Of a stretch of DNA of 64,000 nt, positions 47,667 to 57,086 are shown in pieces. A program made the position numbers and the translations under genes. Below the pieces are notes generated by a model. That model ran no database searches. It worked only from the letters and a program-made list of their open reading frames with translations, and was not told where the DNA came from. Position 1 is the stretch's first letter; each line of letters begins with the position of its first letter. The DNA is from an uncultured Candidatus Binatia bacterium (GTDB lineage Bacteria; Desulfobacterota; Binatia; UBA9968; JAJDTQ01): positions 2,592,001 through 2,656,000 of the forward strand of contig OZ219754.1 in assembly GCA_964291295.2 (NCBI GenBank). Direction: 5' to 3'.

Positions 47667-48620
47667 CTATCGTATATGACTCCCCTCGGGAAGGCCGAGC
47701 ATGAGGTTCAGGTTCTGGATGGCGACGCCGCTGGCGCCCTTGCCGAGGTTGTCGAGGAGTGCCACCAGCAAGGTGTGTCCCGAGGGGTGGGGAAGCACGT
47801 GAAGCTCCACGCGGTTGGTGTCGTTGCACGCCCGCGGGTCGAGGCTGCGCTCATGGGCCGCGCGCGGGTCCGGATGGGGCACCACCCGCACGAAGGGCTC
47901 GCCCGCATAGCGGTCCCGCAGGCACTCCAGGATGGCCGAGCTGGTGCCGCCCGCGGGCAGCAGACCCAGGGGAATCGGCACCTCCACCCGCATGCCGCAG
48001 CGGAAGGGTCCCACCGCCGGCACGAACTGCGGCTCCAGAGTGAGTCTGCCGTAAGCCATCATCTCGGGGATGTGCTTGTGGCGCGCTCCCAGAGCATAGG
48101 GGGCTTCGTAGGGCAATGAGCCCAGCCCGCGCTCCGGGCTCTCCCATTTCTCGATCAGTCCGCGCCCACCGCCGGAATAGCCCGACAGCGCATGAATGGA
48201 CACCGGGGTGTCCTGAGGCAGGAGCCCGGCGTCCACCAGCGGTCGGGTCAACAGGATGACGGCCGAGGGATAACAGCCGGGGTTGGCCACGAATCGGGCT
48301 TCGCGGATGGCGTCCCGCTGCCCGGCATCCAGTTCCGGCAGCCCGTAGGTCCACCCATGGGCGACCCGGTGGGCGGTGCTGGCGTCGATGACCCGGGTGC
48401 CCTCCGCAGCGGCCCATCGGGCAGCCTCCGGCGCCGCGTCGTCCGGCAGGCACAGCACGGTCACGTCCGCCGCCGCGATGGCGTCATGGCGCGCCGCGCC
48501 GTCCTTGCGCCGCCCTTCGTCCAGCGTGGACAGATCGATATCCTGGCGTCCCGCGAGCCAGTCGCGTATGCGCAGCCCGGTGGTGCCCGCATGGCCGTCT
48601 ATGTAGATTCTGGGCGGCAC
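47667..48620 (-). CDS. argC: N-acetyl-gamma-glutamyl-phosphate reductase (type 2)
   Basis: Motifs IDGHAGTTGL, DASTAHR, ANPGCY, SGYSGGG and LDNLGKGASG. The last five residues come from the IS end. Confidence 0.95.
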   Translation of the reverse strand: MPPRIYIDGHAGTTGLRIRDWLAGRQDIDLSTLDEGRRKDGAARHDAIAAADVTVLCLPDDAAPEAARWAAAEGTRVIDASTAHRVAHGWTYGLPELDAGQRDAIREARFVANPGCYPSAVILLTRPLVDAGLLPQDTPVSIHALSGYSGGGRGLIEKWESPERGLGSLPYEAPYALGARHKHIPEMMAYGRLTLEPQFVPAVGPFRCGMRVEVPIPLGLLPAGGTSSAILECLRDRYAGEPFVRVVPHPDPRAAHERSLDPRACNDTNRVELHVLPHPSGHTLLVALLDNLGKGASGVAIQNLNLMLGLPEGSHIR

Positions 48621-48816
48621 GGAATCGTCCGGACCCCGCCGCGGTGCGCGGCAGGGGCAGAGAGATGAACCTGCCGGAACAACTTATCAGAAAACCCCAC
48701 CTGTTGACATGCGGCTTTACGACGCCGCGGGGAATTGCTAGTTCTTGCTTCCAGTTCGCCGCCTGCGCGCGCATGGCGACGGCGGGGCCAGTTCAGCGAC
48801 CGCCAAGGAGGAAAGA

Positions 48817-49320
48817 ATGGATGCCGATGCCAAGAAGACCGCGCTCCGCATGATTCCGTATGGACTGTACGTATTGACCAGTGAGGCCGGGGACGGCCGG
48901 GTGGCCGCGGCCACGGTGAACTGGGTGACCCAGGCATCCTTCGCGCCCCCTCTGGTGGTGGTGGGAGTGAAGGCGGATTCGGGGGCTCACGAGATCATCA
49001 AGGAATCCGGAAACTTCGCCCTGAACGTCCTGGGCAAGGGGCAACAGGGTCAGGCCTTTACGTTCTTCAAGTCGCTGGAGCGGGAAGGTGATACGATCGG
49101 CGGCGAAGTGTTTGCCGCCGGGGCGACCGGTGCTCCCGTGCTGGCCAGCGCGCCGGCCTTCGTCGAGTGCAGGCTGGTGGACACGGTGGAGAAGGGCGAT
49201 CATTCCGTGTTTGTCGGCGAAGTGGTGGAGGCCGGCGTGCGGGGGGAGGTCTCCGGTCGGGCGGATGACGCCACCCTGCTTCTCAAGGACCTGGGCGAGA
49301 AGACCTTCTACGGCGGTTGA
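48817..49320 (+). CDS. Flavin reductase family protein
   Basis: Motifs IPYGLYVL, QASF.PP and GDHSVFVGEV; AAGGAGG RBS. Confidence 0.92.
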   Translation: MDADAKKTALRMIPYGLYVLTSEAGDGRVAAATVNWVTQASFAPPLVVVGVKADSGAHEIIKESGNFALNVLGKGQQGQAFTFFKSLEREGDTIGGEVFAAGATGAPVLASAPAFVECRLVDTVEKGDHSVFVGEVVEAGVRGEVSGRADDATLLLKDLGEKTFYGG

Positions 49321-49470
49321 TCTCCGCAACGGAGAGTTCCCGGCCGGGGCGGTGCCGCAGGCGGGGTCGCCTTGCGGCGGCAGGGCCATTCGGGGCATCT
49401 CTCGCGTCGCGGATGCCGGGGCGCTTCGGGCCGCGGCCCGTGCCAGCGGGGTCCATGGAGACGGACATCG

Positions 49471-50853
49471 ATGAGGACAAGGGGGGCCATCTGGAAACCT
49501 CCGGCGGAGGTCTCGCGCGAGGAGTGCCTGGCGGACTCCCGTGCGGTGCTGGCGATGCCGGACATTCCGCTCAAGGAGCATGAGGATCTGATCCGTATCC
49601 ACGCCGTGGGAATGGATTGGGACATCGGCGCGCAGGTCTACGAGCCGCGGGACCCCGGGCGGGTGGTTGTGGGTGCGGACGGACGCAAGGCCGGCGCCTT
49701 CCTCCTGTCGGGAGGCGACGGCGACTTCAAGACCATGGCGCCGGTGGCCCGGCTCCTGGCGGGCAAGTTCGGATTCAAGGTCGCCACCATGACCTATCCG
49801 GGCCGGCTCTATCTGGACGATCCCTCCCGGGACTGGCCCGGCGACACCATCGACCCGGACGGCACCATCCGGACACCCATCTGGCTTGCCGGCGAACGCA
49901 TCATGCCGGACCAGTACGAGGTGGTGAAAGACCGCTCCATCCGCGAGCGCTACGGTACCCGCACCGTACTCCACGCCAGGCCCGGCACCACCTTCTGGTA
50001 CCGCCTGGCGGGCTGGCCCCCGGCTTTCGAGGAGGGCGGCAGGCAGGTGATGGCGCGAAATTTCCCGCAGGACGAATACTCCGTCTACGTGCACGGCCAC
50101 TCCACCGGAGGCCCGTTCGTCTTCATGCTGTCCCAGCGGGTGCCCAACATCGCCGGCGTCATGGCTGTGGAGAACTCGGCCTTCGGTTACATCAACGAAG
50201 CCAAACTCGCGGTTATCGGCTCTCTGGGGGTCATCGGCGACTTCGAGAGGCGGGTGACCGAGACCCGCCGCATCGATCCTTTCCATGAACTCTACATCCG
50301 GACCTGGCGCGACAAGGCTCGCTACATCGGCCCGGAGAAGCTGGGACAGGATGGACCCTTGGCGCTCATGCGGCTGCCGCTGGTGATCGAGGAAGTGATG
50401 GAGGCCTGGGAAGCGGCCAGGACCCAACCCCAGTTCAAGTGCGAGTATATCGTCAGCACCAACATCGAACCGTCGCTGGAGGAGGCCGCGCGGGTGACGG
50501 CCGGCCGGCTGGGCCTCGACCCGGCTGCGACCGAAGCGCTGGTGCGGCGGTATCTGGGTTATGGGAGAGAGCTTCGGGGGGACGGTGTCAAGCCGGTCCC
50601 GCCGGTTCTGTTCTGCGTCACCCGGGACAGCCGCGACCATGACGCCGCCACCTACCGGAGCCTCGTCATGCCCATGTTCGCGCGCATGGAGCCGGCTCCC
50701 AGGACCGCTCTGATGCACTTCCAGGCCGGTGTGCATTCCTACTGGACGCCGGAAACGGAGCTGCCTCTGGGGGTAGCGCCGGGCGTGGCCCGGACCTGGC
50801 ACGAAGCGATCACGGGCGGCTATTTTCTGACCGGGTGGGGCGGCGGGGGCTGA
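49471..50853 (+). CDS. Hypothetical protein, probable alpha/beta-hydrolase fold
   Basis: GHSTGG nucleophile elbow, a later Asp (DSRDH) and His (GVHSY). Confidence 0.65.
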   Translation: MRTRGAIWKPPAEVSREECLADSRAVLAMPDIPLKEHEDLIRIHAVGMDWDIGAQVYEPRDPGRVVVGADGRKAGAFLLSGGDGDFKTMAPVARLLAGKFGFKVATMTYPGRLYLDDPSRDWPGDTIDPDGTIRTPIWLAGERIMPDQYEVVKDRSIRERYGTRTVLHARPGTTFWYRLAGWPPAFEEGGRQVMARNFPQDEYSVYVHGHSTGGPFVFMLSQRVPNIAGVMAVENSAFGYINEAKLAVIGSLGVIGDFERRVTETRRIDPFHELYIRTWRDKARYIGPEKLGQDGPLALMRLPLVIEEVMEAWEAARTQPQFKCEYIVSTNIEPSLEEAARVTAGRLGLDPAATEALVRRYLGYGRELRGDGVKPVPPVLFCVTRDSRDHDAATYRSLVMPMFARMEPAPRTALMHFQAGVHSYWTPETELPLGVAPGVARTWHEAITGGYFLTGWGGGG

Positions 50854-50981
50854 GGGTCGCCGGAGTTCCCTCGGCGGTGCGATTCACCGGCACCGCATGT
50901 GAGCGCCGGAAACCGGAAGACCGAGCCGGCTGTCCCGTAGACGGTGCGGCCGGCGGCTGTCGAACCAAGGCGGAGGAGCGC

Positions 50982-52088
50982 ATGAAGGACGGACTGAAAA
51001 TCATGGACTCGGACATGCATGTGCGCGAGCCTGCGGATCTCTGGGAGAAGTACATGGAACCCGAGTGGCGCGACCGGGGGCCCAGGATCCTCAGCACCAC
51101 CACGCGCAGTTCCGCCATGGTCATGCTCGACGGCAAGGTTCTCAAGGGCTACCCGCCGTCCTACCGGGGCGGCATCTTCGATGCCAGGCGCATTGATGCG
51201 GAGATCGCCGGGGCCCGCGCCCGGGGCTTCGACGGAGTCTCGCAACTCGATGCCATGGAGAGGGAAGGACTGGACCTGGCGGTCATGTACCCATCCATCG
51301 GCCTGGGCGTGATGATGCGCGACGACATGGAGCCCGGGCTTGGCGCCGCCATCGCCCGGGCCTACAACAACTGGCTTTACGATTTCTGCCAGACCGACCC
51401 GGAGCGGATGAAGGGCGCGGCCATGATCTCGCTGCACGACGTCACCGAGGCCGCCCGGGAGGCCCGGCGGGCGGTGGAGGCGCTCGGCTTCGTGGCCGTG
51501 TTCGCGCGCCCCGAGCCCCTCCGCTCCCTGCCCTGGCATTCGCGTTACTACGATCTCCTGTGGTCCACCCTGGAGGAGTTGGACATTCCCATGGGCTTCC
51601 ATTCGGCCGCCTCCGCGGGCGAGGTCCGGCAGATGGGCGACGTGTTTGGCGACGACCTCCTGTTGCGCCACATCTGCGAGCATCCCCTGTCCAACATGAT
51701 GGCCATGATCGACATCATCGGCGGCGGAGTGCTGGAGCGCCACCCCAGGCTCAAGGTGGCGTTCCTGGAGTGCTACTGCGGCTGGGTCTCCTTCATGCTC
51801 CATCGCATGGACGGGGCCGTGTCCAAGGCCCGCCACCCGAACATCTCCCAACTCAAACCCAGCGAGTTCTTCAGGCGCCAGTGCTGGATCTCCACCGAAT
51901 CCGAGCGGGAGCTTGCCATGGTGGCCCACCTCATCGGCGACGACAACATCGTCTACTCCACCGACTATCCGCATGGAGACTCGGACTTCCCCCACGCCGT
52001 GGAGGAGTTCCTGGAGGTGGAAGGCGTCTCACGGGAGACCAGGCGGAAGATCCTGTGGGACAACTGCGCACGACTGTACAATCTGTGA
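50982..52088 (+). CDS. Amidohydrolase family protein (Amidohydro_2)
   Basis: Motifs MDSDMH, RAYNNWL, LECYCGW and STDYPH. Confidence 0.93.
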   Translation: MKDGLKIMDSDMHVREPADLWEKYMEPEWRDRGPRILSTTTRSSAMVMLDGKVLKGYPPSYRGGIFDARRIDAEIAGARARGFDGVSQLDAMEREGLDLAVMYPSIGLGVMMRDDMEPGLGAAIARAYNNWLYDFCQTDPERMKGAAMISLHDVTEAAREARRAVEALGFVAVFARPEPLRSLPWHSRYYDLLWSTLEELDIPMGFHSAASAGEVRQMGDVFGDDLLLRHICEHPLSNMMAMIDIIGGGVLERHPRLKVAFLECYCGWVSFMLHRMDGAVSKARHPNISQLKPSEFFRRQCWISTESERELAMVAHLIGDDNIVYSTDYPHGDSDFPHAVEEFLEVEGVSRETRRKILWDNCARLYNL

Positions 52089-52232
52089 AGGACGGGTCGA
52101 GGTCGCGGTGGCCGCCTGCGCGTTGATCCCGCAGGATCTGACTTTTGCGGGTCGCGTGCGTCAAGGCGTCTTTGACTCCCTTGCCACGCACCCCCTGTAA
52201 AGGACGCATCGCTCCGGCCGAAGGAGGAGGGA

Positions 52233-53414
52233 ATGGCGCAGGCGCTTGACGGCATCAGGGTACTGGACCTCAGCAGCTACATCGCCGGCCCGTTCGCGGC
52301 CATGTTGCTGGCGGACATGGGGGCGGTGGTGGTGAAGATGGAGAACACCGGCGGCGGCGACCCGTTTCGCAAGTGGGGCCGGGAACCGCGCATGTACAGT
52401 CCGCTGTTCCGCAGCTACAACCGCAACAAGCGGAGCATGACACTGAACCTGCGGGATCCGGACGGCAAGGAGATTTTTCTCAGGATGGCGGCGGCTGCCG
52501 ACGTCGTCATCGAGAACTACCGGCCCGGGGTCATGGAGCGGCTGGAACTTGGATACGAGCGCCTCAGGGATCTCAATCCGCGCCTCGTCTACTGCGGCAT
52601 ATCGGCGTTCGGGCAGTCCGGTCCGTACCGCGAGAGGCCCGGCTTCGACACTCTCGGACAGTGTCTCAGCGGCCTGTTGAGCCAGATCGTCGACCCCGGG
52701 AGGCCTCAGCCGCCCGGTCTGGCCTTCTCGGACCACATCGGCGGCCTGTTCGCCTGCTACGGCGTCCTCATCGCTCTGATGGCCCGGGAGCGATCGGGCA
52801 AGGGTCAGAAGGTCGAGACCTCCCTCATGGAGGCGTCCATGGCGTTCATCGGCCGAAGCATCGTCCAGTACTTCGCGACCGGGGAGGTTCCCGGCGTGGA
52901 GAGTCGGGGCCGCTCGGCTGGAGTGTATGCGCTGCTGGCCGGGGACGGGCTCCCGTTCGTCATCCATTTGTCCCACCTCAACAAGTTCTTTGTGAGCCTG
53001 GCGCAGGCCATCGACCGTCCGGAACTGGCGGAGGACCCCCGCTTCAAGGAGCGCGAAGACCGTCTTGCGAACTACGACGAACTCAAGGCGCTGCTGCAGG
53101 AGATCGTCGCGACTCGGCCGCGCCAGCACTGGCTGGACGCGCTGGGCCGGCACGACGTGGCCCACGCCCCCATCAATCGCCTGGACGAGGTATTCGAGGA
53201 TCCCCAGGTCCGGCACCTCGACCGGATCATGGAACTGGAACATCCGAAGCACGGCACGATCCATACCGTCCGGAGCGGCGTCAACTTGAGCGAGACGCCG
53301 TTTCGGGTATCGGCGCTGCCGCCGGAGTTGGGCGAACATACCGTCGAGATACTCCGGGAGCTGGGGTTGAGCCAGGAGCGGATCGAGCAACTGGGAGAAG
53401 CCGGAACGATATAG
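52233..53414 (+). CDS. CoA-transferase family III (CaiB/BaiF)
   Basis: Motifs ALDGIRVLDL, AGP, NRNKRS, ADVVIENYRPG and catalytic SDH.GG. Confidence 0.95.
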   Translation: MAQALDGIRVLDLSSYIAGPFAAMLLADMGAVVVKMENTGGGDPFRKWGREPRMYSPLFRSYNRNKRSMTLNLRDPDGKEIFLRMAAAADVVIENYRPGVMERLELGYERLRDLNPRLVYCGISAFGQSGPYRERPGFDTLGQCLSGLLSQIVDPGRPQPPGLAFSDHIGGLFACYGVLIALMARERSGKGQKVETSLMEASMAFIGRSIVQYFATGEVPGVESRGRSAGVYALLAGDGLPFVIHLSHLNKFFVSLAQAIDRPELAEDPRFKEREDRLANYDELKALLQEIVATRPRQHWLDALGRHDVAHAPINRLDEVFEDPQVRHLDRIMELEHPKHGTIHTVRSGVNLSETPFRVSALPPELGEHTVEILRELGLSQERIEQLGEAGTI

Positions 53415-53440
53415 GGCGTCACGCGGAAGGAGGCCCCACC

Positions 53441-54571
53441 ATGGCGCGAGACGGTTTCAGAATCCTCGACAGCGACATGCACGTTTTCGAGCCGCATGAT
53501 CTCTATCTCAGGCACATGGATCCCCAATGGGGCGACCGGATTCCCCGCGGGGAGCCGCGGAAGCGCCATGGACAGATCCGGTTCCGCTACGGCGACGGCA
53601 CTCCGGTGCGGTTGTCCGGACTCACCGCGCGCCCCAACGTGACTCCCGGCGAGGACAGGGTGGCGCCTCGTTATGCCAAGCCCTTGGCGCGAAACTACGA
53701 CGCGGTCTCCCAGGTGGCTGCCATGGACGAAGAAGGGCTGGACGTGGCGGTGCTGTTTCGTACGTTTCCGCTGCACTGCGACGACAGCCTGGAGCCGGAG
53801 TTCGCCAATGCCTTGTGCCGCGCCTGGAACGACTGGTGTGCGGAGTTCTGCACGGAAAACCCCGAGCGGCTCAAGGCATCGGCGCTGATCACGCTGCACG
53901 ATGTGGACATGGCGGTGGACGAGACACGCCGCGCGGTGACCGAACTGGGAGCCGTCGGACTGTGCCTGGTGCCCGAACCGGCCAATGGCCGGCATATTCA
54001 CGAGCGCTGTTTCGATCCCTTGTGGCGTGAGGCGGAGCGCCTGGAGGTTCCCGTCTGCTTCCATCCCGCGGCCTCCCCGCGCATGGACCAAGTGGCACAA
54101 CGGTTCAACGGGCTTCCCAACGAGGGCCTGCTCGTCAATGCGTACCGGAATCCGGTGGAACTCATGCTGGCCGTGGGGAGCTTTTGCGGCGGCGGCGTGC
54201 TGGAGCGGTTCCCGCGCCTCAAGGTGGCGTTCCTGGAGGGAAACTGCAGTTGGCTGCCGTGGTTGCTTTATCGCCTCGACGAACGCTGGGAACTGCGCAG
54301 GGATCTGTGTGACGAGCCGCTGTCGCTGAATCCGAGCGAATACTTCATGCGTCAATGCGTGGTGGCCACGGACGTGGAGGAAGAGCTGGTGGCCGATGTG
54401 GTCGAGCGGCTCGGGGACGACAACATCGTGATCTCCACGGACTACCCGCATGCCGACTCGCGGTGGCCCAAGGCCGTGGAGAGCTTTCTCGGGATCGGCG
54501 CGATCCGGGAGGAGTCGAAACGCAAGATCTTCTGGGACAACAGCGCGAAGCTCTACAACCTGTCACGGTAG
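53441..54571 (+). CDS. Amidohydrolase family protein (Amidohydro_2)
   Basis: Motifs LDSDMH, RAWNDW, LEGNCSW and STDYPH. Confidence 0.93.
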   Translation: MARDGFRILDSDMHVFEPHDLYLRHMDPQWGDRIPRGEPRKRHGQIRFRYGDGTPVRLSGLTARPNVTPGEDRVAPRYAKPLARNYDAVSQVAAMDEEGLDVAVLFRTFPLHCDDSLEPEFANALCRAWNDWCAEFCTENPERLKASALITLHDVDMAVDETRRAVTELGAVGLCLVPEPANGRHIHERCFDPLWREAERLEVPVCFHPAASPRMDQVAQRFNGLPNEGLLVNAYRNPVELMLAVGSFCGGGVLERFPRLKVAFLEGNCSWLPWLLYRLDERWELRRDLCDEPLSLNPSEYFMRQCVVATDVEEELVADVVERLGDDNIVISTDYPHADSRWPKAVESFLGIGAIREESKRKIFWDNSAKLYNLSR

Positions 54572-54653
54572 GGAGGGCGCGGGAGACTCCCGCCCCTCGG
54601 CCGGCGAGCCGCGGGGCCGGAGCCGCCCTGTCCGCTCCATGCGGCAAGAGGCG

Positions 54654-55358
54654 TCAGACCGCCTGTCTGAGGGAATGCTCCTGGAAGTGTTCTTTCACTT
54701 CCGCCAGCTTCATGACGTCGGCGTACTTGTGATGCAGGTCGAACAGATTCACCTTGTGGGAGATGATGCTGCGGTCGAAGACGCATTCCTCGACGATGGA
54801 AACGTGGTAACCGTTGGAGTAGGCGTCCACCGCGCTGGCCCGGACGCAGCCGCTGGTGCTTTCCCCGCACACGATGAGTGAATTGATGCCGAGTCTCGTC
54901 AGGTGGGCGATGAGCGGCGTTCCGTAGAAGCCGCTGGCCCTTTCCTTGTAGATGATGATGTCGTCGGGCTCGGGTGCGAACTCCTTGTATATCTCGTAAT
55001 CATCGGGCGCCATCCTGGTTATCTGCCGGTTGGTGGCGTGCACCGAGGCCGGCTGCACCTCTTTTCGCGTTTCGCTTGTGGTGTAGATGACCTGCAGGCC
55101 TCGGGAACGGGCCAGGGCGAAGAGCTCCTTGGTCGGTTCGATGGCCTCGTAGGCGTTTATGCCGCAAGAGCTCTTGTGTTCCTTGACGACTTCATGCACC
55201 GGCCTGGGGCCGCCTCTGTACGCGAGGTTGTAGAGGTCGATGGCCAGCAGCGCTGGTCGCTGACCGACGAAAATGTCCCTGCGGTAGGGCTTGTAGATGG
55301 CGATGATCTCCTGGGTGATGATGTCCTGCCAGCAGTGATCTTCGAACTTGTCAATCAT
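54654..55358 (-). CDS. Isochorismatase/cysteine hydrolase family (N-carbamoylsarcosine or maleamate amidase-like)
   Basis: Motifs PALLAID, K.RASGFYGT and GESTSGCVRASAVDA. Confidence 0.9.
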   Translation of the reverse strand: MIDKFEDHCWQDIITQEIIAIYKPYRRDIFVGQRPALLAIDLYNLAYRGGPRPVHEVVKEHKSSCGINAYEAIEPTKELFALARSRGLQVIYTTSETRKEVQPASVHATNRQITRMAPDDYEIYKEFAPEPDDIIIYKERASGFYGTPLIAHLTRLGINSLIVCGESTSGCVRASAVDAYSNGYHVSIVEECVFDRSIISHKVNLFDLHHKYADVMKLAEVKEHFQEHSLRQAV

Positions 55359-55526
55359 CGGGGTCTCCCTTCGAGTTGGTTGCGTCGTTGATAACGCTTC
55401 GCGCTCCGAAGTGTCAACTTGGCCGGCCTGGCCCCTGCCACGCCGCCGCGGTGGGCCGGGAACGCCGTGGGCTTGTGAGCCGCCGCGTTGGCGTTCCGGT
55501 TCCGCAGCCGATAGCCTTTCCTGCCC

Positions 55527-56390
55527 ATGTGGTTCGTACTGGCGCTCCTCTCCGCCCTGTTCCAGGTGCTGCGGAACGTTTCCATGAAGCGTCTGGGGCA
55601 CGAACTCGATGACACTATCAACGTCTGGGGACGGTTCACGTTCCTGCTGCCGTTCATGGCCCTGTTATCGGCCTGGCACGGCATGCCGGAGTTGAAGGAC
55701 GGGTTCTGGCCCTGCGCCGTCGGTTTCGGGGTGACTCAGTCCATCGCCACGCTGAGCCTGTCCAGAGCCCTCAAGCTGTCTGGCATCGCCATCGTCACCT
55801 CGCTGTGGAAGCTGAGTCTTCTGTTCCTGGTGGCCTTCGCCTGGATCACCCTGGGTGAGGTGCCGTCGGCCGTCGGGCTGGCGGGCATATCGTTGAGCGC
55901 CGCCGGCGTCTATCTCCTGAACCTGCAGAAGAGCTGCCTCTCGGTCTGGGCGCCGCTGCGCCAGTTGCTGGTGGAGCCGGGCCTCCGGTACACCTTGGCG
56001 GCGGCCTTCTTCTATGCCCCGTCGGTGGTGTTCATCAAGTTGCTGATCCTTCGTTCGGACGTCTATTTCGCCAACCTGGCTGGCTATCTCGCGGCCTCCC
56101 TGATGGTGCTGCCCCTGGCGCTGCACCGCTCAGGCCCCCATTTCCGCGCGGTTCCGCATCACGGGCCGGCGTTCGCCGCCATGGGGCTGTGTGCCGCCCT
56201 TGCGAGCATCTGCCATGGCCTGGCCTACGAGTTGACCCTGACGTCCTACGTCGAAGCGGTCAAGCAGGCCGAGATCCTCCTTGCGCTGGCCGCGGGCTGG
56301 CTGCTTTTCCACGAGCGCACCCAGGTGCGCCGGATCCTGCCCGGAAGCCTGACCATCATGGCGGGCATGGTACTGCTGCGGCTGAGTTGA
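55527..56390 (+). CDS. DMT/EamA family transporter
   Basis: About ten TM segments; LGE.PS..G..G and VKQ motifs. Confidence 0.88.
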   Translation: MWFVLALLSALFQVLRNVSMKRLGHELDDTINVWGRFTFLLPFMALLSAWHGMPELKDGFWPCAVGFGVTQSIATLSLSRALKLSGIAIVTSLWKLSLLFLVAFAWITLGEVPSAVGLAGISLSAAGVYLLNLQKSCLSVWAPLRQLLVEPGLRYTLAAAFFYAPSVVFIKLLILRSDVYFANLAGYLAASLMVLPLALHRSGPHFRAVPHHGPAFAAMGLCAALASICHGLAYELTLTSYVEAVKQAEILLALAAGWLLFHERTQVRRILPGSLTIMAGMVLLRLS

Positions 56391-56407
56391 GCCGGTCCCC
56401 GGCGCCT

Positions 56408-57082
56408 TCACCCGGCATTGGGAATGGAGCCGGTGGCGTCGTCCGCGTCGATCATGGAGATTCGATTCCAGGTCCACAGGGACCGTTCGCGGTAGAGCAC
56501 ATCGACGTCCTCCGGCACTTGGGTGCCGCTGCCCTGGAGACGGCGCACGATGGGCCGCAACGGCATGCCCACCGCGGCAAGATAGTCGCCGCGGAGACTC
56601 TCGATCAGGCGGTGGCCTTCGCCCTGGATGGAATAGGCGCCCGCCTTGTCCATGGATTCGCCACAGGCCACATAGTCGGCGATCTCGGCGTCGCTGGAGT
56701 GCCGCATGCGCACGTCGACCCGTTCCAGGTGGGTGAACTCCCTGCCCGTGGCGGCGTCGATGAGCGCGACTCCGGTGAGGATGCGATGGGTTCGCCCTGA
56801 GAGGCGACGGAGAATGCGCACGGCATCCTCCCCGTCCCGGGGCTTGCCGATCTTCTCGTCGCCCAGGGCGATCAAGGTGTCGCCTCCCACCACCAGGGCA
56901 TCGACTTCGCCGGAGGCTACCGAACGGGCCTTGCCCAGAGCGAACTCCAGCGCTTCCGCCTCGGGCGTCAGGTCTTCGCGGGTGGTTTCCCGGAATTCGG
57001 GATGCCGAACGTCGAAAGCGACGCCGAGAAGGGTCAGGATGGTGCGTCGACGAGGCGAGGTCGACGCCAGGACGATGCGCAT
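56408..57082 (-). CDS. maf: Maf family nucleotide pyrophosphatase
   Basis: Motifs LASTSPRR, GGDT, GKP, DKAGAYSIQG and VGMP. Confidence 0.94.
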   Translation of the reverse strand: MRIVLASTSPRRRTILTLLGVAFDVRHPEFRETTREDLTPEAEALEFALGKARSVASGEVDALVVGGDTLIALGDEKIGKPRDGEDAVRILRRLSGRTHRILTGVALIDAATGREFTHLERVDVRMRHSSDAEIADYVACGESMDKAGAYSIQGEGHRLIESLRGDYLAAVGMPLRPIVRRLQGSGTQVPEDVDVLYRERSLWTWNRISMIDADDATGSIPNAG

Positions 57083-57086
57083 CGGG

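Larger units (their letters stand above)
43959..47684 (-). mobile_element. Decayed IS1595-family element carrying passenger genes, inserted in the argC 3' end
   Basis: Imperfect IRs GAGGATTATATACGATAGTGCCG (43959-43981) and GGGAGTCATATACGATAGCGCCG (reverse complement of 47662-47684), 18/23 identical. Flanking 8-mers CTCGGGGA and CTCGGGAA. A transposase remnant lies inside. Confidence 0.82.
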
